Part shown: positions 1-6,221 of the stretch, piece by piece | Layout of the letters: every line of letters begins with the position of its first letter | How positions within the stretch are numbered: the stretch's first letter is position 1 | Origin: a candidate division WOR-3 bacterium | Lineage (GTDB): Bacteria; Hydrothermota; Tepidihabitantia; Tepidihabitantales; JAOUPE01 | Direction of reading: 5' to 3' | Length of the DNA: 10,908 nt | Assembly: GCA_039801565.1 (NCBI GenBank) | Contig: JBDRUX010000079.1 | Coordinates: 1-10,908 of the forward strand | Translations under genes and position numbers: made by a program | The notes under the pieces: model-generated | What the model was told of the DNA's origin: nothing | Databases searched by the model: none | What the model saw: only the letters and a program-made list of their open reading frames with translations

Positions 1-139
1 GAAAACGAATTGCTGATTTCACATCGGCAAGTGCCTCTTCATAAGTATCACCTTGCCCAACTACAACTCCTTTAAGTCCCAAAGGATACGCTACATAACC
101 GTCAGGATGTTTCTCGACGATAATTTTAAACTGTTGCAT
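1..139 (-). CDS. hicB: HicB-family antitoxin (type II TA, UPF0150-like), 5' part only; runs off the window edge
   Basis: Not in the ORF track. Manual translation from ATG at 139 gives MQQFKIIVEKHPDGYVAYPLGLKGVVVGQGDTYEEALADVKSAIRF..., which has the HicB-type G-x-T-x-E-E-A motif. Strong SD AGGAGGT at 150-144. Confidence 0.85.
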   Translation of the reverse strand, partial: MQQFKIIVEKHPDGYVAYPLGLKGVVVGQGDTYEEALADVKSAIRF

Positions 140-151
140 CTTTACCTCCTT

Positions 152-222
152 TGATTCGCAGCGGCGAATCGATTGTTAGTCCGCCCAAGGCGGATTGGAT
201 TTTAGTTTTTAGATTAAAAACC
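152..222. repeat. REP-like multi-hairpin repeat, copy 1
   Basis: Three stem-loops: GATTCGC-agcg-GCGAATC (153-170), TCCGCC-caa-GGCGGA (180-194) and GTTTTTA-gat-TAAAAAC (205-221). The 19-mer TCCGCCCAAGGCGGATTGG (180-198) recurs exactly at 807-825. Confidence 0.75.
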
Positions 223-260
223 ATTTATATTTTAACCGGGGTTGTTTTAAGACACCATTT

Positions 261-485
261 TTACTTCGATGCCGGCATCAAATCAAGCGGCATTTTTATC
301 TCAACCCCGGCGATGTCATCCAATGAAAAGCGCGAACTCACTTCTAAGATTTCGATGCCAAGTAACGCATTGTTTTCACCGATGTCTAAGATGATACCTT
401 CTTCAATCTCTTTGTTTTTAACAAACTTGCCGGATTGTAACTTGATGTATAAAGCGTCAGCCTTACGGTCATAGGTTATTTGCAT
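261..485 (-). CDS. DUF2283 family protein (putative antitoxin), 74 aa
   Basis: MQITYDRKADALYIKL...IILDIGENNALLGIEIL matches the DUF2283 pattern YD--AD-LYI...D------GIEI. Start moved from 506 to the ATG at 485 because SD AAGGAGGT lies just upstream. Confidence 0.85.
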   Translation of the reverse strand: MQITYDRKADALYIKLQSGKFVKNKEIEEGIILDIGENNALLGIEILEVSSRFSLDDIAGVEIKMPLDLMPASK

Positions 486-496
486 AAATACCTCCT

Positions 497-712
497 TTAA
501 TCCCACATCACGGAAATTATTACAATTTCTTCATTTTCGACTTTATAAACGACTTTTATCCTACCTTGAGGGAAAGTCCGAAATACAAGATTACGATTTT
601 TATAACCTTTACCAGTTTCATCAGGTTCAGATAAAGTTTTCGCCACCATTTCCTCAGTAATTCCTCGGATTTCCAGCCTCATTTTAGCGTGGTGGGTGTA
701 TATTATTTTCAT
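497..712 (-). CDS. DUF4258 family protein (putative RelE-like ribonuclease toxin), 71 aa
   Basis: N-terminal YTHHAKMRLEIRGIT (T-x-HA---R---R-I) and C-terminal KVVY...IVIISV pattern. It lies directly upstream of DUF2283, the usual partner of this family. Confidence 0.8.
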   Translation of the reverse strand: MKIIYTHHAKMRLEIRGITEEMVAKTLSEPDETGKGYKNRNLVFRTFPQGRIKVVYKVENEEIVIISVMWD

Positions 713-724
713 AATTTAATTTTA

Positions 725-752
725 ATCTTAAATCAAAAAATTGCCCTGTCAA
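725..752 (-). promoter_or_regulatory. Putative sigma70 promoter for the DUF4258/DUF2283 pair
   Basis: Minus strand TTGACA (752-747), 16-nt spacer, TAAGAT (730-725), 12 nt before the ATG at 712. No SD is visible. Confidence 0.55.
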
Positions 753-778
753 GTTCATCTAAGCCGAATGATAACTAA

Positions 779-841
779 TGATTCGAATCCACCCAAGACG
801 AATTGCTCCGCCCAAGGCGGATTGGTTTAGATTATCTAACC
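779..841. repeat. REP-like multi-hairpin repeat, copy 2, with a degenerate tandem core
   Basis: GATTCGAATC palindrome (780-789), degenerate core AATCCACCCAAGACGAATT (786-804), exact core TCCGCCCAAGGCGGATTGG (807-825), then TTAGA-tta-TCTAA (827-839). Confidence 0.75.
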
Positions 842-843
842 GT

Positions 844-945
844 TCAAAACCGACTTCGCCAAGTATAAATTGAATAATTTAGACCTTTTGATGGTACTGT
901 TTCTTCACTTAATGTTTGTGGTTGGACAGTTTCCAGCGAGTCCAT
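844..945 (-). CDS. Putative small protein or 5' gene remnant, 33 aa (MDSLETVQPQTLSEETVPSKGLNYSIYTWRSRF)
   Basis: Manual translation from ATG 945 to TGA 844. An AAAGGA SD-like motif lies about 10 nt upstream and a good promoter lies at 983-1011. No family recognised. Confidence 0.35.
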   Translation of the reverse strand: MDSLETVQPQTLSEETVPSKGLNYSIYTWRSRF

Positions 946-982
946 CGTATTCTAATCCTTTCATCCCATATTTCAGGATTGC

Positions 983-1011
983 AGCATACCAAAATTTTAC
1001 CTTCCGGTCAA
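983..1011 (-). promoter_or_regulatory. Putative sigma70 promoter
   Basis: Minus strand TTGACC (1011-1006), 17-nt spacer, TATGCT (988-983). Confidence 0.6.
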
Positions 1012-1012
1012 G

Positions 1013-1032
1013 CTCGTTATTTATTTAACGAG
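1013..1032. promoter_or_regulatory. Inverted repeat abutting the -35 box (possible operator or weak terminator)
   Basis: CTCGTTA-tttatt-TAACGAG has perfect 7-bp arms and no following U-tract on either strand. Confidence 0.4.
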
Positions 1033-1081
1033 AAAATTAAATACGTTTTTATCTATGTATTGAAGCAGTCAATTATCGTCT

Positions 1082-1537
1082 TTAGGTAAATTGCCATAAG
1101 ACCAATATTTTTTCGCGAATTGACGCCTCTTCTTTCGTCTCGAACATTAATGCTTCAATTACATATCTTAGCACTTCGGATTGGGGATAATTTTTAAATA
1201 TCGTCTCAACCGTGGTGTCAAAATCAGCGTCTGGCTCACCTTGAAGGTATTCAACCATCTGCCAATTTTTTTCTTCAAATTCATCTAAGATTTCACCACT
1301 GACTTGAGCTAATGGTTCAGAGCCTTGTGACATTATTTGCCAGACCACAGTGCCTAAGTAAACTAATAACTCTCTTTCGTCTAAATTTAAACTATTGCCG
1401 CCAATTGCCATAAGATAGGCGAGAACATAAGGTTGTTCTTCGCCCATCTTGTCCATCAATTTTTGGATATCGGTCAATGACATCTTCTCCATCTTCTGCA
1501 AGGTCTTTTCTATTGTATCAGCCGAGATTGGTTCCAT
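1082..1537 (-). CDS. Acidic, predicted helical hypothetical protein; the C-terminus is probably frameshifted, with the true end likely at 1053
   Basis: 151-aa ORF whose ATG directly follows the GTPase TAA (TAAATG). Adding one A to the A6 run at 1113-1108 gives ...IREKNIGLMAIYLKTIIDCFNT* ending at 1053. Confidence 0.75.
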   Translation of the reverse strand: MEPISADTIEKTLQKMEKMSLTDIQKLMDKMGEEQPYVLAYLMAIGGNSLNLDERELLVYLGTVVWQIMSQGSEPLAQVSGEILDEFEEKNWQMVEYLQGEPDADFDTTVETIFKNYPQSEVLRYVIEALMFETKEEASIREKILVLWQFT

Positions 1538-2506
1538 TTATTTCAAGTCAATATGGAATTCGATAATATCCTTATCCTTTAAGATATGATTTCTTTCTAC
1601 CCTTTGGCCTTTATAATGGTTAGAATCCCAAAGCCGAGCATAGTTTAAGGTCTTGGCAAAGTCTTTGTGTAAGTGATAAGCGGCATCAATGACCGATGAA
1701 CCGGCTTTAAGAATTACTGGTTCTTTTAGGTCCGGTGGTTCGCCTGGTTTTTTGGTGTAAACCCGAATGATATCTAAACCTTGGAAGAGCATTCTTTTCA
1801 GTTGTTCTAAATTGATGAATCGCTTGACTGAGATTGGTAGGATATTAAAGTCTGACAATAATTCTTGAACCGATTTTAACTGGGTTTCGGCTTTAGGTTC
1901 ATCGTATTTACTGCCAACAACAATTGTCTTTTTATAGGGCATTTCAGTAGTTGGTCGGGGTGAGATTCGGGCTTGCAGCAAAAGTTCTAAAGTTTTCTTA
2001 ACCGTATCTAAAACCTGTTCGTCAGCAAGGTCAATCACCCAAACTGCTAAGTCGCCACTGCGAATAATATGAAATACCCAAGGTTCCGAATCTTCAGTAA
2101 TTGGTGGGGTGTCAATCAACTGGATTTGAATGTCTTCGTATTCTAACATACCAGCCACCGGCTTTTGAGTAGTAAATGGATAATCGGCGATTTCGGTCGG
2201 GGCATTGGTTAAGGCTTTAACCAGAGCGGATTTGCCAGAGTTAGGTGCGCCAAATATCACGACTTGCCCGGCACCTTGTTTATCAATATGATACCAGATA
2301 GTTCGTTTTGCCCCGGATTTTTTACCAAAAGACTTTTTCAGTTTGGAAATTTTGGTCTTGATTTCGGCTTGGAGTTTCTCGGTTCCTTTATGTTTTGGGA
2401 TTAAAGCCAGCATCTCCTGCAGGCAACTCAATTTTTCTTCATCGGTCTTGGCTTGCCGATACCTTTTCTCCGCTTCGAGATATTGCGGAGTTAAATTAGC
2501 CGGCAT
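1538..2506 (-). CDS. DRG/Rbg-like OBG-family GTPase with C-terminal TGS domain
   Basis: N-terminal helical region with PKHKGTEKL (DRG-like), G1 GAPNSGKS, G2 YPFTT, IQLIDTP (G3 variant), SKYD (G4 variant), and a TGS domain IIRVYTKKPG...GQRV...H-LKDKDIIE. Confidence 0.9.
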   Translation of the reverse strand: MPANLTPQYLEAEKRYRQAKTDEEKLSCLQEMLALIPKHKGTEKLQAEIKTKISKLKKSFGKKSGAKRTIWYHIDKQGAGQVVIFGAPNSGKSALVKALTNAPTEIADYPFTTQKPVAGMLEYEDIQIQLIDTPPITEDSEPWVFHIIRSGDLAVWVIDLADEQVLDTVKKTLELLLQARISPRPTTEMPYKKTIVVGSKYDEPKAETQLKSVQELLSDFNILPISVKRFINLEQLKRMLFQGLDIIRVYTKKPGEPPDLKEPVILKAGSSVIDAAYHLHKDFAKTLNYARLWDSNHYKGQRVERNHILKDKDIIEFHIDLK

Positions 2507-2518
2507 AATACTGTTACA

Positions 2519-5500
2519 TTAATCTTGGTTCAGCTTTATTGTTTTGAAGATTCTTGTGCCGAATTCGGTTTCGAGACGGATGAAATATATGCCGCTACTA
2601 ACTTTTTCACCGCAATTGTTTTTTCCATCCCAATTGATAAAATAGACCCCAGGTTTTAATAGGTACTCATTGAAGAGATTTCGGACTAATCTTCCGGAAT
2701 AGTCATAGATATTGATATGGGTAAATGTTGGTTTATTGACTGTCCAGGCAATTTTAGCACGATTCCGAAATGGATTTGGCTGAAAGATTAACATTGGTGC
2801 AATATCCTTGCTATTCAATTCAGCAATACTGACTGCTTGCCGGGTGGTATATTTAATAGCCTTGCCGGGTGTCCAAGGTGCTGCGCCTCGATGTAAGGTG
2901 TCATTGAAAAGACAACAGATTGCAATCTGATTGGTTGGGTCTTCAATTCCAACCGTGCTTGAATTCCAACGATTAGCGGTTTGATATTGGACGATAATTT
3001 CGTTATGACCGTCCTCAGGTGCTAAGATTGTGTCGTAGATGATAATTTCAAACTTATCCATAGATGTTGCGCCAAAATATGGCACACTATCATACTCAAT
3101 AATGAATCGGTGATTTGTGACATCGTGATAATAATAGACCCCACCAACTCCACTATTATTCGGTATTAAATCGTCCCAATTGGCACAGACCATTCCATTC
3201 GGATTGGTTGAGGTTGCGTCTGGAATGCGTCGGTTGCTATATGCAGTTGAGGTTTGGTAACCCGGTGCAATCCAACCATTGGAGCAGATTGAGAGTTGGG
3301 TAAATCTTTGATTATAAAACTTCCAAGGACCAAAGGAAGCGGGTAGAGTGATTTGAACGGTCTGGTCATCGGATAAGGTTAGTCTTGTACCAATTGTTTT
3401 GATTTCTATCCATTCGTAGGTTGGATGTTGAGGATAAAGGGTATCAACATTGTCATAAGCCCAAAATAACGGTGGCGTGCGCGGACCATCCGGAATCGGG
3501 TCAGTTGCCACTATCTCGCCAATTGTGATTGAAAAGCGTAGACTGTCTTCGTAACCGAGAGTGTCCGAGAGATAGAGCGTGAATTCAGCAATATGTTCTC
3601 TTGGTGTCTGAGCTAAAGCACTCAGAGTAAAAGGTTCGCCAAGAACCGTAGCACCAGGCGGTATATCACCGAAGATAGCGATTGAATCCAAGATTTCAAC
3701 ATAAGGGTCGTTTTCTGATAACCTACCGATAACATCTAAAGCGGACTGGGGCCCAAAATTCCGCAACATTAGTTGTAGGTCAATAATCTCACCCGGATCA
3801 AACCGACCATTATTGTTGCCTAAAGAGTCAATAATAACCATTTGGGTAAGAACTAATGCCGGGGCATTGAACACAGTGGCTTCAATGGCATCTAAGTCCA
3901 GTCCAGCAGTTGGATTGGTTTGGCTACCATCGCCATCGTCAACAATTTTGACATAGCGCATAACATTTACCCCACCCGAAGCCATATCAAAACTGGCAGT
4001 TCCAGTATCTGAGCCAATGTAGGTAAATGGACCATTCCAATTGGTACCAACATAAACCGCATAACCTTCCGGGTCGGCATCATTCTCATAAACCGTAAAA
4101 TCGTAACCACTGCCATTGATCACTTCTTCGCCCATATCTATCACAATCCAACCACCAACCCCAAGTGAATATCTTCTCGAATCATGCAAACCCAAGGCTA
4201 AATAGGTTCCAGAAGTGATAACTTCATTATCTTGGTCATTAACCATTGTCACTTTAAATCCAGCGACCGGTGCTTGGGTGTCCGGAACTAATGCAAAATC
4301 AACTGTGACATAAGTATCGGGTGGAACAACAATATCCGAAATCGTTTTTGGTTGATAACCATTTGCCCAGGCGGTTATCGAATAGGTGCCGGGTAAAACG
4401 AATCGGTGATAATCACCTAAAGAGTCGGTATAGACTGGCCATTCGGGGGGTGAAACCGAAATCATTGCCTTTAAAGGTTCGCCAGTTATTGAGTCAGTCA
4501 CAATTCCCCTAATGCCATGACCAATCTTGGTTATCATATAAAGCTGGGCGGGTCGGTTTAAATTGCAAATCGAATCAATCGCTCCCACTGGTGGAATATA
4601 ATCTTCGCTTACCTCACAAGTCCAACTCATCGGACCATATGCACCATAAGCAAAGTCTTTCGAAGAGCCGTGAATTTCATACATTCCTTGATAGCCTTGA
4701 TTATAGGGATAGCCAGTGTAATTATGGCAATGCCGGGCTAAAGTATCAAGTGCTGCCCAATCTCTGGCTCTTTGCGGGGTATAACTCCAAGGATAAGATA
4801 TGAATTCGGTGCCGGAATGATAAGAACACCAGTGGGTCAATTGATGGTTTTCAGCGAAGTTACGAAAATTTCGCGGTTCGACTTGAGAAAAAGGACCAGG
4901 ACTGCCCCAGCCCTCATCCCACATATAACCATAGTCACGATTACAATCAATACCATTCGCATTGCCTCGGGTGGAAGCGACATAACCATCAGGGTTAACC
5001 AGTGGTGCAACCCAAGTTTCCCGGGTATTTACCAGATTAGTAACCAATGGGTCATTACCGTAATTGAGAATCAAATACCGAGCCAGAGCAAATGCGACCT
5101 CAGCACCAATCTTCTCATTGCCATGGGTCGCACCTTCAAAAAGACAACGCGGTCTTGGACTGCGAACTTGGGGATTTTCGGTTATCTTGATGGCTAAGAC
5201 AACCCGATTCTGCGTGCTAAATCCAAGGGTCTCAACTTTAGCAATATTGGGATAATTCTGGGCTAAAAGAATTAGCGAGTCGCGAAATCCTTCATAGGTG
5301 TGATACGCCTGTTCATTTTGGGCATAATAACTGCTGATGTCAGGGAAAATGACTTCTAAGATTTCAAATCCTTGGCTTTCAAATTTAGCAAAGTCTTTAA
5401 AAGGAATTTCAACCCGCGCAATACCATCTTTCACATCATGAATTAGAGCTCCCATTGTCTCTAAGGTCTTAATTTGTTTTGGGTCGGTGATTTTAATCTT

Positions 5501-5572
5501 TACCAAATCATACCGTTCTTTAGCAGCAAATAAGACGGTCGCTAATAAAATTAAAACCAAAAATCGTCTCAT
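2519..5572 (-). CDS. Secreted multidomain M14 zinc carboxypeptidase with carboxypeptidase regulatory-like domain and C-terminal T9SS type A/FlgD-like domain, 1017 aa
   Basis: Start reassigned to ATG 5572 (SD AAAGGAGG; signal peptide MRRFLVLILLATVLFA). M14 motifs: HGNE, NPDG, RGNANGIDCNRDY, YHS, TCEV. A transthyretin-like domain follows (GIRGIVTD...PGTY). The tail reads PNPF...IYDYSGRLVRNL...WDG...SSGIYFIRL. Confidence 0.9.
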   Translation of the reverse strand: MRRFLVLILLATVLFAAKERYDLVKIKITDPKQIKTLETMGALIHDVKDGIARVEIPFKDFAKFESQGFEILEVIFPDISSYYAQNEQAYHTYEGFRDSLILLAQNYPNIAKVETLGFSTQNRVVLAIKITENPQVRSPRPRCLFEGATHGNEKIGAEVAFALARYLILNYGNDPLVTNLVNTRETWVAPLVNPDGYVASTRGNANGIDCNRDYGYMWDEGWGSPGPFSQVEPRNFRNFAENHQLTHWCSYHSGTEFISYPWSYTPQRARDWAALDTLARHCHNYTGYPYNQGYQGMYEIHGSSKDFAYGAYGPMSWTCEVSEDYIPPVGAIDSICNLNRPAQLYMITKIGHGIRGIVTDSITGEPLKAMISVSPPEWPVYTDSLGDYHRFVLPGTYSITAWANGYQPKTISDIVVPPDTYVTVDFALVPDTQAPVAGFKVTMVNDQDNEVITSGTYLALGLHDSRRYSLGVGGWIVIDMGEEVINGSGYDFTVYENDADPEGYAVYVGTNWNGPFTYIGSDTGTASFDMASGGVNVMRYVKIVDDGDGSQTNPTAGLDLDAIEATVFNAPALVLTQMVIIDSLGNNNGRFDPGEIIDLQLMLRNFGPQSALDVIGRLSENDPYVEILDSIAIFGDIPPGATVLGEPFTLSALAQTPREHIAEFTLYLSDTLGYEDSLRFSITIGEIVATDPIPDGPRTPPLFWAYDNVDTLYPQHPTYEWIEIKTIGTRLTLSDDQTVQITLPASFGPWKFYNQRFTQLSICSNGWIAPGYQTSTAYSNRRIPDATSTNPNGMVCANWDDLIPNNSGVGGVYYYHDVTNHRFIIEYDSVPYFGATSMDKFEIIIYDTILAPEDGHNEIIVQYQTANRWNSSTVGIEDPTNQIAICCLFNDTLHRGAAPWTPGKAIKYTTRQAVSIAELNSKDIAPMLIFQPNPFRNRAKIAWTVNKPTFTHINIYDYSGRLVRNLFNEYLLKPGVYFINWDGKNNCGEKVSSGIYFIRLETEFGTRIFKTIKLNQD

Positions 5573-5600
5573 TATGCCTCCTTTAGATTTATCATAACTA

Positions 5601-5628
5601 ATTATATTCATTGAAACTTTTAGGTCAA
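5601..5628 (-). promoter_or_regulatory. Putative sigma70 promoter for the leftward operon
   Basis: Minus strand TTGACC (5628-5623), 16-nt spacer, TATAAT (5606-5601), upstream of the SD and ATG 5572. Confidence 0.7.
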
Positions 5629-5630
5629 GA

Positions 5631-5659
5631 TTGACTATTAAGAGCAATATGATTATAAT
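5631..5659 (+). promoter_or_regulatory. Putative sigma70 promoter for hslV and downstream genes
   Basis: TTGACT (5631-5636), 17-nt spacer, TATAAT (5654-5659); near consensus. Confidence 0.75.
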
Positions 5660-5667
5660 TTTATGGT

Positions 5668-6210
5668 ATGGTCTTATCAATTTATTCCACCACCATAATT
5701 GGTCTGCGTAAGAATGGTAAAGCAGCAATGGGTAGTGATGGTCAAGTCAGTTTGGGTGAGACGATTATGAAGCAGACCGCGCGTAAGGTGCGAAAGGTCT
5801 ATAATGATAAAATCTTAGTCGGCTTTGCTGGCTCAACTGCTGACGCTTTTACCCTTTTTGAGCGTTTTGAAAATAAACTGGCGGAATTCCGTGGCAATCT
5901 GCCTCGGTCAGTAGTGGAACTGGCAAAAGACTGGCGTCAGGACCGGGTCTTAAGAAAACTCGAGGCACTTTTGGCAATCGTTGATTTTGAACACTCTTAT
6001 ATCGTTTCGGGCTCGGGTGATGTGATTGAGCCCGATGATGGCATAGTGGCAATTGGCTCGGGTGGTCCTTATGCTTTAGCAGCCGCCCGTGCCTTATTAA
6101 AATATACCGAACTTGAACCAAAAGCAATTGTCGAAGAAGCCATCAAAATCGCTGCCTCAATCTGCATCTATACCAACCGCGAAATCTATATCGAAACTTT
6201 GGCTATTTAA
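5668..6210 (+). CDS. hslV: ATP-dependent protease peptidase subunit HslV (ClpQ)
   Basis: S-TTI N-terminal nucleophile motif, [59 protein letters not shown]. Confidence 0.97.
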   Translation: MVLSIYSTTIIGLRKNGKAAMGSDGQVSLGETIMKQTARKVRKVYNDKILVGFAGSTADAFTLFERFENKLAEFRGNLPRSVVELAKDWRQDRVLRKLEALLAIVDFEHSYIVSGSGDVIEPDDGIVAIGSGGPYALAAARALLKYTELEPKAIVEEAIKIAASICIYTNREIYIETLAI

Positions 6211-6221
6211 ACCAATTGCCA

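Noticed and set aside
151..474. 107-aa + strand ORF
   Set aside because: Antisense shadow of the DUF2283 gene and the repeat; no recognisable protein features.
180..825. Repeats considered as a CRISPR array
   Set aside because: Only two exact 19-bp copies, about 630 bp apart with genes between them; no regular repeat-spacer period and no cas genes.
834..927. Possible integron attC site (ATCTAAC ... GTTGGAC fits RYYYAAC/GTTRRRY)
   Set aside because: The inner L boxes are not complementary, the spacing is wrong, there is no extended stem and no integrase is in the window.
3166..5255. Short ORFs at 3166-3369, 4321-4512, 4591-4803, 4772-5197 and 5064-5255
   Set aside because: All are nested in or antisense to the well-supported M14 gene, with no recognisable motifs.
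5573..5728. 52-aa N-terminal extension of the 1069-aa ORF given in the ORF track
   Set aside because: It overlaps hslV and both promoters. The SD and signal peptide point to ATG 5572.
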